From IMG/VR virus record IMGVR_UViG_3300037882_002341, positions 128,958 to 192,957 of that record: 64,000 nt of DNA; one strand, 5' to 3'. The stretch comes from a virus. Its lineage: Duplodnaviria; Heunggongvirae; Uroviricota; Caudoviricetes. Position 1 is the first letter of the stretch. Each line of letters begins with the position of its first letter. The notes under the pieces were generated by a model. The model was not told where the DNA came from, ran no database searches, and worked only from the letters and a program-made list of their open reading frames with translations. Shown here one piece after another: positions 49,291-58,564 of this stretch. The translations under genes and the position numbers were made by a program.

Positions 49291-50117
49291 GAAACTATCC
49301 TTAAACGCGATTCACATAAAAAGGGTCTTGCACCAGGTAGAACATTTTTGCAAAAGATTACATTATATATTTGTAACAAATGTTCAATACCACGTGAGAA
49401 TATGCCATGACTAACATATAAATAAATAGGACCAGTTGTTATTTCTTTTAATCTTCCACCCAAGTTGATGAAAGTTCTTCCTCCATCACAAATATCATCT
49501 ACAACTAATAGAGATTCATTTCCAAGATTTTCAGAATAAACCTTGGCATCAGTAACATTACCCGTTTGGGAATCTCTCTTTTTATCTGCTTTAATAACCC
49601 TTATACCTAGGGATTTACCAACACTCTCTACTTTTTTATTTGCTCCTGCGTCAGGAGATACAAGAGTAAACTCACCGAAGTCCCTAAGTATCCTTGCTAC
49701 AGTATCATTTATCGTACTAATTCGTATATTGTTAACTAAAGCGCCAACTACATCACTATGTGGATCGAAGACACTAACCTTACTAAAACCCAATCCATTA
49801 ATAAAGTCAGCTACTACTTTAACAGATAAGCTCTCTCCCTTATTACACACTCTATCTTGTCTAGCATAGGGAAAATAAGGTACATCTAGTTGTATTTCGG
49901 GAGTAACAAAAGAAGATCTTCTTATTGCATCAACGAGTAGAGCAAGATTCCAAAGATCATTATTGCTTTCAAATTCCAGTAATATCCTAAAAAACTGCCA
50001 GTTTGGTTGGTTAAGCGTAATCTGCTTAACATCCAATAGGGTTTCCCCTGCGGGAAATCGTTCAAGCTTTATAGGTATTTCAGTAGTTCCAAAACTATTT
50101 ACATATAATCTTAACAA
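49287..50117 (-). CDS. prs: ribose-phosphate pyrophosphokinase (PRPP synthetase)
   Basis: 276 aa; DAIRRSS ... VPYFPYARQDR matches the Prs DALRRASA ... IPYFGYARQDR signature, and LLVVDDICDGGRT is the PRPP-binding loop. Confidence 0.65.
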   Translation of the reverse strand: MLRLYVNSFGTTEIPIKLERFPAGETLLDVKQITLNQPNWQFFRILLEFESNNDLWNLALLVDAIRRSSFVTPEIQLDVPYFPYARQDRVCNKGESLSVKVVADFINGLGFSKVSVFDPHSDVVGALVNNIRISTINDTVARILRDFGEFTLVSPDAGANKKVESVGKSLGIRVIKADKKRDSQTGNVTDAKVYSENLGNESLLVVDDICDGGRTFINLGGRLKEITTGPIYLYVSHGIFSRGIEHLLQIYNVIFCKNVLPGARPFLCESRLRIVS

Positions 50118-50124
50118 TTTCTAC

Positions 50125-50358
50125 CTAAACTTTCTTAGTTTTACCATCTACTGTAACATTAATAAAGATAGGCATGTTCTCTAATTTTCCATCAATACGA
50201 CAGATCATTTCTTCCCATATCGTCCACTCGATAATATTCTTTGTTATAAGTTCATTTACATTATCAAAGAGAAAAGCTCTCCACTCTCTTAGCTTATTAG
50301 CATCTTTACATCCTTTAATCTCTAACATAGTAGGAGGCTTAATCTTTTTATCTTGCAT
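50125..50358 (-). CDS. hypothetical protein
   Basis: 77 aa. Confidence 0.3.
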   Translation of the reverse strand: MQDKKIKPPTMLEIKGCKDANKLREWRAFLFDNVNELITKNIIEWTIWEEMICRIDGKLENMPIFINVTVDGKTKKV

Positions 50359-52246
50359 CAGGATTCTTTATAGAGTTTTTAGCAGGGCCATCTATTGCTG
50401 CAACAGTTTCTACAAGTACCTGCATTCCAGCAGGCGTATCCCCTAATAGGGCACGGAGGGTATTCGGCATGCCTCTAGAGATTATTACAATAGCTTTGCT
50501 GGGATCAAGAGACTGTCCTGCGGTAGAAGCTATATCGGGTAGAAGTCCTTCTCCAGTAAGCGGTCTATCTGTTCCAACAGCAGAAAGCCGTCTACTGGAT
50601 ATACCAGATTTAACAATACGCATCCAGGGAACATATCCCCAAAAGACCTTATTGGGTAATAGCCCACACTTAAAATAAGCTTCGCTTTTTCTTCTATGAT
50701 TCATAGAAGCCCAAGTGAAGCTTAAGGGATGTTCGTCACCCATAGCAATAATTTGTTTCCCAGTAGCTTCATGTTCTTTACCTATTGCTGCTTCAAGAAG
50801 CATACCTAGGGTACCTCTTTTAAATATGCTTCTATGGGATACACAAATATCCACAATCCTACCTTCTATTACGGGCATTTCATTGTTCGGAAGAACAATA
50901 ACAACTCCCTTACAACCAGAGAAACAAGTAATCTTATCACCCGTTCTCATAGGAAGGAAACTACGTAAGGAGAAGATTGTTCTAACACCAAGAACACCTG
51001 CATAATAAGCAGGTATAGTCTCAATAGTCTCTAAAATAGCTTCTTCTTTAAGTTCAGAGGCAATAAGAGAAATTCTTGTTTCTTCTTCCTCTTTAACAGA
51101 AGAATCTATTTTCTCTGAAGAGTTCTCTACTACTATATTCTTAATTCTTGTTGCAAGCAAACCAAAGGGTTTAACAAGATCTCCCTTTTGAACACTTAAA
51201 TTAACAAGAGGCTCAGGAGACCATCTTGTTATTCTAGTGACAGATTGCGCTTCCATATGGATAGCACAAGTCTCAGACATAGCAATAGTGTCTTCGAAGG
51301 TCGAGGGTCCAAGATCCATAACTGCAGTAAGAAGATTTCTAGTCTGGACTATTGATCCTTCTGCTTGAACAGGTCTAGCTTGAGGATAAGTAAGTTCACA
51401 AGAGTTCATTACAGCAGCTCTTGCTAAGCAAGCTCTGCTAGGACTTAAGTCCAAAAGAACAGTATTTCTTCTTGTGAACTCACAAAATTGGCTTATACCC
51501 TTTGTTATCTGACCTCTTTCAACACGAGCCCCATCACAAAGAGTATAAATACTATTGATAGTTTCAGATGAACTTGTTGAACAAGGATCGAGTCTAAAGA
51601 GCATTTCTTCAGGGAACTTAAGAGGGTCAATCTTTATACCATCTTTACGATGGTATAAAAGTACCATGTCTTTTGATCCTCTAATCTGTACTTCTGAATT
51701 CTGTACCTGTCTAACAAAAGGATGAGTCACTAATCTAGAAAGAAGCAAAGATTGCAATCTTTCATTATTAATATGAACTATGCCAAAGGCATTGGTCTGG
51801 AAGAAGAAGTTGGCAAGAGGAGAGTAATTATTACTATTAGTGTCCCCAGCAGGTACCATTACTCCCTTACTGCCAAACATTCCTTCGAGTACACGAATTG
51901 CTACTTTATTCTTATCCAGAAAGTGGTACTTACCATTTGAAAACGGTTCCCAAGGACTAACAAAACCAACATTTACAAAGGTAAAAAGAGTTGAACCAAC
52001 TACAAAGAAACCATCTTTATTGGGCCTAGGTAAAGTGAATTTTACAGGGCTTCTTACCCAGAATCCCTTAGCAACTCTTCCCTCAATAAATCCTTCATAA
52101 CTAATATTTTCCAAATTACCAATAGAAGAATTCTCTTGGGAAGTAGCACGCATTATCTTTGCGGATACGGTGACAAAGAGACCATAAGGTCTCACGGGTA
52201 GGACATTTTCCCCAAAGTCCCTATAATACCTGGCAGGAAGAAACAT
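50348..52246 (-). CDS. multisubunit RNA polymerase beta-subunit-like protein (C-terminal module)
   Basis: 632 aa; RTGDKITCFSGCKGVVIVLP corresponds to the universally conserved beta GDK-x3-RHGNKGV motif, and downstream LEAAIGKE matches the beta anchor region. Confidence 0.5.
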   Translation of the reverse strand: MFLPARYYRDFGENVLPVRPYGLFVTVSAKIMRATSQENSSIGNLENISYEGFIEGRVAKGFWVRSPVKFTLPRPNKDGFFVVGSTLFTFVNVGFVSPWEPFSNGKYHFLDKNKVAIRVLEGMFGSKGVMVPAGDTNSNNYSPLANFFFQTNAFGIVHINNERLQSLLLSRLVTHPFVRQVQNSEVQIRGSKDMVLLYHRKDGIKIDPLKFPEEMLFRLDPCSTSSSETINSIYTLCDGARVERGQITKGISQFCEFTRRNTVLLDLSPSRACLARAAVMNSCELTYPQARPVQAEGSIVQTRNLLTAVMDLGPSTFEDTIAMSETCAIHMEAQSVTRITRWSPEPLVNLSVQKGDLVKPFGLLATRIKNIVVENSSEKIDSSVKEEEETRISLIASELKEEAILETIETIPAYYAGVLGVRTIFSLRSFLPMRTGDKITCFSGCKGVVIVLPNNEMPVIEGRIVDICVSHRSIFKRGTLGMLLEAAIGKEHEATGKQIIAMGDEHPLSFTWASMNHRRKSEAYFKCGLLPNKVFWGYVPWMRIVKSGISSRRLSAVGTDRPLTGEGLLPDIASTAGQSLDPSKAIVIISRGMPNTLRALLGDTPAGMQVLVETVAAIDGPAKNSIKNPDAR

Positions 52247-53955
52247 TATTTTGTCTCCCAGATATATCTGAAAACAGAACCTCTATCTTCCCGATCCAAG
52301 TGAAACACGTGGCTAAAGAGACATATAGCTCTATCCAGGTCTGACCCAATAGTCTTATGGGTTAAAGCGAAACCAGGATAGTAAGTGTTAACAAGTTCAG
52401 TTAATCCTATTACATACTTTTCTTTTATCTCTCTGTTCACATCTTTATGATTTATCTCTGTCCCAAGAATACCTGACATATCCTTTGCTATTTCATCCAA
52501 GACAGAGACAAAACATCCTAATTTCCTATTAGCATTACCATTACTATCAATAGTAAGCTCTCTTAACTTACTAATGTAATACTCTTTTCTATCTTTTAGA
52601 TTTACTTCTATAAAGAGTATTACAGGTAACTCAAGCCTAAAATGGTAGACTATTCTTGATGCATCTTCTTCCTTGATACCTGCTCTAACAAGTAAATCTA
52701 TAGATTCAGATATAGTGGAATTCTTCCACTTACTGCGCCTTTCGAACATTTCCATAATATCTATTGGACTAAATGTTCTTTCCTCGGATATCTTATGCTT
52801 TGCATCAAGTGTAGCTTGTTGAATAGTTTCCGAAAATCTATTTGCCGCACTAGAGAGCCAAGGATCCTCTCCCATAATGAGCAATATTCTTCTTGCTGTT
52901 GCACCAACTATTCCAAGATAACCTTTCATAAAGAGGTTGGCAAAGTTGGTTTCCAGTATAATCTTATTACGGGTTTCTTTCTTACTAGAGATATCCTTAT
53001 TCACGATACCTCTATCGATTTTACCGGTAATCTTTTCCATTTCACGGACTGTATTTGTGGGTGAAATCCATCCACACACATCACCAGGTCCATAGGAAAA
53101 TCCATTAACTGTAAAACGATTTAAGGTATCTTGTATTATATTAGACCAATCAGGATCTTCTGGGAGATTATCATGACAAAGATACTTAGGCCATTTTGCA
53201 TGAAGCAAAGTGTGCTTAAGCAAATTGTCATTCATCTCTCTCAGAACTTCTGGTTCCTGAGGAGGCTTTACAAAAGCAACTTGATCACCATCGCAATCTG
53301 CATTTAACTGTTTAAACAAGAGAGGATGTAAAGCAATAACATTATCATCTATAGGATAAGCTCTAACAACTTCCATAGAACCAGTCCAAATTACAGGATC
53401 TCTGAAGATTATTATTAAATCTCCCTCTTTGATACCTGTATTCTTCATTGCAATAGTGCTTATTCCCACCCATTCTGGACTACGAGAAATCTGGGGGATA
53501 AGTACCAATCTACCAGAGTGTGCCATTCTGGTACCACTTATATTAGTGGCTATTACACCTCTATTGCCTATGACTCTATTCATTAGGCTTAAGTAGAAAA
53601 GCTTAACAAGTCTTTCAATTACAACTATACTAAGGTTACCTTCGTTTTGCTCGAAGTACGCAAGTAACTGATTACCTGCTACTGTTACAGGGTGAAGGAA
53701 GACCATTTCTCCCGATTTCTCAATTCTTCCATCGGGGGAAAGAGCAGGAATCATTATATGATTTATTGTTCTACCAAAAGGATCAGATACAAAAAAATTC
53801 TGAGGTAAATTGATCCGAGCTCCTCTTTTAAGGATAGCAGGATCAATTAATGTATCTTTAACATCTTTAGGTATTTGACCAAGTCTGACAGTTCTTCCTA
53901 CATCAAGAGTTGTAATATCAGAGTCTAAACTTACTTTAAGCCTAATGGCTTTCAT
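52246..53955 (-). CDS. multisubunit RNA polymerase beta'-subunit-like protein (catalytic NADFDGD module)
   Basis: 569 aa; GTRMAHSGRLVLIPQ matches beta' GKRVDYSGRSVIVVGP, and DPVIWTGSMEVVRAYPIDDNVIALHPLLFKQLNADCDGDQVAFV matches beta' NRAPTLHRLGIQAFEP ... [21 protein letters not shown], including the Mg-binding aspartates. Confidence 0.7.
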   Translation of the reverse strand: MKAIRLKVSLDSDITTLDVGRTVRLGQIPKDVKDTLIDPAILKRGARINLPQNFFVSDPFGRTINHIMIPALSPDGRIEKSGEMVFLHPVTVAGNQLLAYFEQNEGNLSIVVIERLVKLFYLSLMNRVIGNRGVIATNISGTRMAHSGRLVLIPQISRSPEWVGISTIAMKNTGIKEGDLIIIFRDPVIWTGSMEVVRAYPIDDNVIALHPLLFKQLNADCDGDQVAFVKPPQEPEVLREMNDNLLKHTLLHAKWPKYLCHDNLPEDPDWSNIIQDTLNRFTVNGFSYGPGDVCGWISPTNTVREMEKITGKIDRGIVNKDISSKKETRNKIILETNFANLFMKGYLGIVGATARRILLIMGEDPWLSSAANRFSETIQQATLDAKHKISEERTFSPIDIMEMFERRSKWKNSTISESIDLLVRAGIKEEDASRIVYHFRLELPVILFIEVNLKDRKEYYISKLRELTIDSNGNANRKLGCFVSVLDEIAKDMSGILGTEINHKDVNREIKEKYVIGLTELVNTYYPGFALTHKTIGSDLDRAICLFSHVFHLDREDRGSVFRYIWETK

Positions 53956-54331
53956 AAGGATCTTCCTCTATATTCTCTTCTTCTTTATCTTCAGTAGAAG
54001 AAAACTCTGTAGGAACAAAATCCGTATTCATAGTCAGATTAATAGGTGATCTATGTCCTGATTTAAGATTCTCAGTAAGGATCCAGCGAACACCAACTAT
54101 AGGTATTACTAGAAACCTTGCGCCTGTTAGCTTTGAAGTACCTATATCAAACTCTTTACTCGATCCACATATCACTCCACCGCTTTTACCTGATATAAGT
54201 AACTCAGCTCCTTGGCGTAAGACCTCTAGTAATTCCGAGTTCGCAGGCAATCTACAAAGAAATCCCTCAGGATTCATTAACGTGGCTTCCCATCCATTTG
54301 GGCCGCCTCTTGACATGAATCCGTTTAGCAC
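53942..54331 (-). CDS. hypothetical protein
   Basis: 129 aa; overlaps the beta'-like gene start; could be another RNAP fragment. Confidence 0.35.
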   Translation of the reverse strand: MLNGFMSRGGPNGWEATLMNPEGFLCRLPANSELLEVLRQGAELLISGKSGGVICGSSKEFDIGTSKLTGARFLVIPIVGVRWILTENLKSGHRSPINLTMNTDFVPTEFSSTEDKEEENIEEDPYESH

Positions 54332-54361
54332 TATCCCCTCCCCGGTACTTAGGAAATAGAA

Positions 54362-54799
54362 CTACTCTGCCTCACTACATAGAACACTTAGTCTACTTTC
54401 AGTATTACCAAACCATCGAGAAAGATCTTGTCTAGCTTTCTCACGATTTGTGCGGTTATTCCCTGGTAAACCCACCATGACCAAGTCATTTCTAGTTACA
54501 AAATCATTTTCACTAGAACCTGACATTATTCCAAATATAGCAGTAGAAAGAAGGTCTTTATCATAAGAACCTGTTTTATCTAGTGTTCTTATAAAGATAA
54601 CATTCTCTTCTGAAACAAATTTCAGGGGATGACTGCCAGAACTTCTTAACCATACCGTACAAGCAGGGAGAAGATGTATACCTAAAACTCTTCCTATTTC
54701 AATTTGCTCATCTTCCAATAAATTCTGAGCATCTGGAATAATGACAGTTTGGTTTTTACGTAATTCTCTTAATCTAGAGATATTAGTAACGAGGATCAT
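54362..54799 (-). CDS. hypothetical protein
   Basis: 145 aa. Confidence 0.4.
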   Translation of the reverse strand: MILVTNISRLRELRKNQTVIIPDAQNLLEDEQIEIGRVLGIHLLPACTVWLRSSGSHPLKFVSEENVIFIRTLDKTGSYDKDLLSTAIFGIMSGSSENDFVTRNDLVMVGLPGNNRTNREKARQDLSRWFGNTESRLSVLCSEAE

Positions 54800-54950
54800 T
54801 CTTCCTCTTTTTCTTGATTAGACACTTTATCTTCAACCATTGATCTAATAGATCGATTGCGTAGATCCCTATTTTTAACAGAGGTTTTTTCAGAAACTCT
54901 GCTACTTTTTGTACTACGCTTTTTGGATCCTTTTTCAGGTTTTCTGTTTT

Positions 54951-55223
54951 TCAATTACTCCCACTCTTTAGATTTGAGATAACCATTCCACAAGTTACCA
55001 TACTAAGTAAACAACCAAAACTTAGGATAAACATAGCATAGTCTTTATAAATAATAAAAGCTGTCATTAGCCCAAATGCACTAAGCATATTAAAGACAAT
55101 TACAAAGAACAAAACAGTGGCCAGTGGCATTTTCAGTAGGAATAAAACAAGCATGTCGAAGAGAGAAAATTCTCCATGTTCTAGTATTTCTTTCGCAACA
55201 TCTTCCTTTTCTTCTTCAGACAT
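54951..55223 (-). CDS. small membrane protein (two predicted TM helices)
   Basis: 90 aa; hydrophobic stretches LFLLKMPLATVLFFVIVFNMLSAFGLMTAFIIY and FILSFGCLLSMVTCGMVI. Confidence 0.4.
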   Translation of the reverse strand: MSEEEKEDVAKEILEHGEFSLFDMLVLFLLKMPLATVLFFVIVFNMLSAFGLMTAFIIYKDYAMFILSFGCLLSMVTCGMVISNLKSGSN

Positions 55224-55480
55224 TCGTTTTCCTTAACAGATTTTTGGCACAAAAAGGTTACTATGTAAGATCAGTAGGAAACTGACTAAGCTAAGTCGTT
55301 ATTAGATAACGGCTTAATGTCTATTTACTAACTTTTATAAATCTCTAAAGTTTGGGCAGGGGGAGTTAATTGCTTGTGAATTAGGGAAGGGAGGGCAAAT
55401 TAACTTTACGGGTGGGCACCCAACCCCTATTTGGAGTATTAGAAGAATCTATTAAGTATTAAGTAAGAAGGAAAAGAAGA

Positions 55481-56068
55481 TTACTTGTTTGGCAGAGAAA
55501 GCTCAAACTTTATCTCAAGAAGTTCAAGTTCAGATTTAATAACACTTCTAGTTGTATGGAGTTCAGGGAAGTCGGGGATTTTACTGAGTAGATAGTCAAG
55601 ATATTCATCGGGCTCAGCATCAAGTGCTCTTTCTCTCTTCCTACTCTCAAGATCCTTACGCTTACTAACAAGAGCAGTTATTTCCTTAATTCTGTTCCTG
55701 AGATGTTCTACTCTTCTCTTAGCCAGTCTCTTTTTAACAGTAGGATCTACTTTACGTTCTTCTTTTCTTAACTCTCGATCTCTCTTCTTATCTATAGATT
55801 TAGTCAGGGTCTTACGTAACATATTTATAAGAGCAGGATCTATCTTAGATCTAGCTCTCTTAGTATGCAGTTTACCCTCTATAAAGTTCTCCGCTTCTTT
55901 AACAGTATTACTATGGACAAGATTCCTTACCTTTTTATGCTGATCAGGTCTACTTGCTCTATATCTTGATCTCTTAGAACTAGAAGAAGACGAAGTCTTA
56001 GAAGACTTGTCTTTCTTTTTCTTAGTAATTCTAGTATCAACTTCTGTTGCATCTTCCTTGGAGTTCAA
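55481..56068 (-). CDS. highly basic Lys/Arg/Ser-rich protein (nucleic-acid-binding or internal virion protein candidate)
   Basis: 195 aa; KKKKDKSSKTSSSSSSKRSRYRASR and repeated KRxxRE/K coiled-coil segments. Confidence 0.4.
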   Translation of the reverse strand: MNSKEDATEVDTRITKKKKDKSSKTSSSSSSKRSRYRASRPDQHKKVRNLVHSNTVKEAENFIEGKLHTKRARSKIDPALINMLRKTLTKSIDKKRDRELRKEERKVDPTVKKRLAKRRVEHLRNRIKEITALVSKRKDLESRKRERALDAEPDEYLDYLLSKIPDFPELHTTRSVIKSELELLEIKFELSLPNK

Positions 56069-56370
56069 TTTATCCCCTGTTTGCTAATTTCTCTAGAGAT
56101 AAAGCAAGTATGACCATATATATCAATAAAGCTTCTCAGACCAGAAAATCTACCTCTTAATAAAGCAAGAGAAACGATTAATGGCTCATTACAGATTTTA
56201 AGTATTTCTATTATGGGTAAGTTAAGCTGTTCTAGTCTATTTATGAGTTCCTGTACTTCTGTTTCGGTTTCAGCTAATGCTGCTCTTCTTTTCTTAAGTA
56301 GCTCAGCTCGATCCCACAATTTACCTATAAGATCGGGATCTGGAGACATTTCATTTGCTGAAGTGCTCAT
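56065..56370 (-). CDS. hypothetical protein
   Basis: 101 aa, coiled-coil. Confidence 0.35.
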   Translation of the reverse strand: MSTSANEMSPDPDLIGKLWDRAELLKKRRAALAETETEVQELINRLEQLNLPIIEILKICNEPLIVSLALLRGRFSGLRSFIDIYGHTCFISREISKQGIN

Positions 56371-56375
56371 TGTCT

Positions 56376-56816
56376 TTAAAACTCCGGTAGCGGGCCTAAG
56401 AGGTCGTGTATGTCCTCAAAGGCCATACCCATGTCTGCTGCCGCAACTCTTTCCTTAATGGCTTTAAGACTACTTTCTGACAGTCCCATAGGGTTATTAT
56501 CAAGAATCTGTAGATGAGCACTTCTCATTTGACATGCTTTCAGTGCCATACCACCAAGCACTCTTCCTGCAACATTACCTTCATCTTTATTAATTAGGTA
56601 CTCTACTAGAGCATAAATAACGTTTTCTCTAGACGTTAGAGCCTTTAATAATTGTTCTGCTATGGCTAAAGCCATATTTTTGGTCATCTCCTGGTTAGTT
56701 CCAGAAAGTTGATCACTAATCATCAATCTTTCATGGTTACTTACACCAGGTAGTTGTATAGGTCTGTCTTTTTCCATTCCTAACCAAATACAGAAACAGA
56801 TTTTTGGGGATAGCAA
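56376..56816 (-). CDS. hypothetical protein
   Basis: 146 aa. Confidence 0.4.
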   Translation of the reverse strand: MLSPKICFCIWLGMEKDRPIQLPGVSNHERLMISDQLSGTNQEMTKNMALAIAEQLLKALTSRENVIYALVEYLINKDEGNVAGRVLGGMALKACQMRSAHLQILDNNPMGLSESSLKAIKERVAAADMGMAFEDIHDLLGPLPEF

Positions 56817-57385
56817 CTAGAGCAATTGGCATCTCCACATGGACCTTTTGCATTATTAAGGTCAGATAAGATTGCATTAAGGTTATCAGGTGTAAGATTA
56901 AACAATTCCGGACTAGAGCGGATTTGATCAACTAACTTTTCATATTCTCTTGTATTAGTAATTCTGAGTACCCCTAAGGCTGCATTAATTGCATTTATAG
57001 TCTCTTGACCGGCTTGTTTTGCTGAGTCATCCTTTAATAGATCTGTTATCTTTTCTAAAGTAGACTTCTTAACTCGGTTAACAATATCCGTTGTCCATGA
57101 ACTCATAATGTTATTACTAACTTCATCTATAGAATTAAGCATCCTGCCCAATTCTTTATTCCTAGTACTTGAAACAAAATCATAAATGTCAGAGATATCT
57201 TTTTCCGAAAGACATTGTTTTATACCATCAATAAGTCTTTTCTGGATTTCATTATCTTCTAATGATTTAGTTATAATCCGTCGTAGAACAGATTCATCAG
57301 GTAATCTTTGTACTGTGACACGTATACTTTCAACAGTCTCTCTTATCTCTACTATCGCATGAATCATATCATCTATTGTAGGCAC
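56780..57385 (-). CDS. hypothetical protein
   Basis: 201 aa. Confidence 0.4.
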   Translation of the reverse strand: MPTIDDMIHAIVEIRETVESIRVTVQRLPDESVLRRIITKSLEDNEIQKRLIDGIKQCLSEKDISDIYDFVSSTRNKELGRMLNSIDEVSNNIMSSWTTDIVNRVKKSTLEKITDLLKDDSAKQAGQETINAINAALGVLRITNTREYEKLVDQIRSSPELFNLTPDNLNAILSDLNNAKGPCGDANCSSCYPQKSVSVFG

Positions 57386-57608
57386 TTGTTATTCCTTGTA
57401 AAAATTTAATACTAAGAGAAATGATTATTCTCTTTATTATTCAATATTAATCTCACTAGATCTATTACTACAGCTATTAGAAATACAAATGGAAGTAAGA
57501 GTAGAAATTTCATAATTATCCTATTAGTTGTGAGCCCTACAAGTTTCTATTATCTGTTTTTAAGTGTGTTGTATCTATATTAAGTAGAGCCCACATCTAA
57601 GAGTATTA

Positions 57609-58109
57609 TTACGATACTACTTCTACATTATCCGGTAAATCAAGAAGCAAGGGTTTAACTTCCTCTTGTTTTAGACCACCAAGTCCTATACCGGGGAAGT
57701 TGACTCTAAGAGTCCATTCATTATAACGAAGAGCTATTTCTCTTAGCCTAACTACAGATTCCTTTATAAGGATAAGATCTGCTTTATTCCCATAATAATA
57801 CTTTACCTGAAAACCACCTAATATCACATTGTTCCAATTTCCCATTCTACAAATGTGATATTCATATATTGCGAGGTTTCCGTAGGTACCAAGAAAGGTT
57901 GCTATACCATCTTGTTGTTTCTTTAATATATCAAGAGCGGCTACTCCATCACAGCCTCCTACTTGAGCTCTCATGGCAAGAGCTGCGCCTTTGCCCATAA
58001 CAAGAGTTCTTCTTGTCATGTTGATTGTGCCATTGGTTGTACAAAAGATCATGAGCTTTTCTTTATCCTTAGGAGGAGTCATTAAACTCTTTTGTATAAA
58101 CCTTGGCAT
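57609..58109 (-). CDS. hypothetical protein, possibly macro-domain-like
   Basis: 166 aa; IFCTTNGTINMTRRTLVMGKGAALAMRAQVGG loosely parallels the macro-domain IVNAAN ... GGGVAGAI ... AAG core; weak. Confidence 0.25.
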   Translation of the reverse strand: MPRFIQKSLMTPPKDKEKLMIFCTTNGTINMTRRTLVMGKGAALAMRAQVGGCDGVAALDILKKQQDGIATFLGTYGNLAIYEYHICRMGNWNNVILGGFQVKYYYGNKADLILIKESVVRLREIALRYNEWTLRVNFPGIGLGGLKQEEVKPLLLDLPDNVEVVS

Positions 58110-58117
58110 TTTTAATC

Positions 58118-58564
58118 CTATCTCTGATATACAGAAGGTAACAACTTCTTTATTTCATTATCTATTCTGAGCAAGAAATCTTTAGGACCAGTTAACTTAA
58201 TAGCCGTATATGCACCTTGCATTCTTTCTTCCCACTTTAAATGTCCATTACTCCAAAAATGATCCCTTAAATACAATACTACCTTATTGTATTCATCTCC
58301 TTTTCTTAAGAAATAATCAAGGGTTATATTATCAACTAACACCTTTTCTATTTCTTCTCTTGCATCTCTTTTCTTCTGACTCTCTGCTAACATTGCAAGG
58401 GTCTTATCTTCAAAACCATTCTTCCAATCTATAGCAAACTTAGTTGCGAGGGCATGATGTTCTTCATCATCTATATATTTATCGCCTAATACAAGATCAC
58501 TTTCATTAGCACATAGTGCCACTAATCTTGTATTAATACGACGAAGTCTTATAGCCATATTCAC
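58118..58564 (-). CDS. hypothetical protein
   Basis: 148 aa. Confidence 0.4.
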   Translation of the reverse strand: MNMAIRLRRINTRLVALCANESDLVLGDKYIDDEEHHALATKFAIDWKNGFEDKTLAMLAESQKKRDAREEIEKVLVDNITLDYFLRKGDEYNKVVLYLRDHFWSNGHLKWEERMQGAYTAIKLTGPKDFLLRIDNEIKKLLPSVYQR

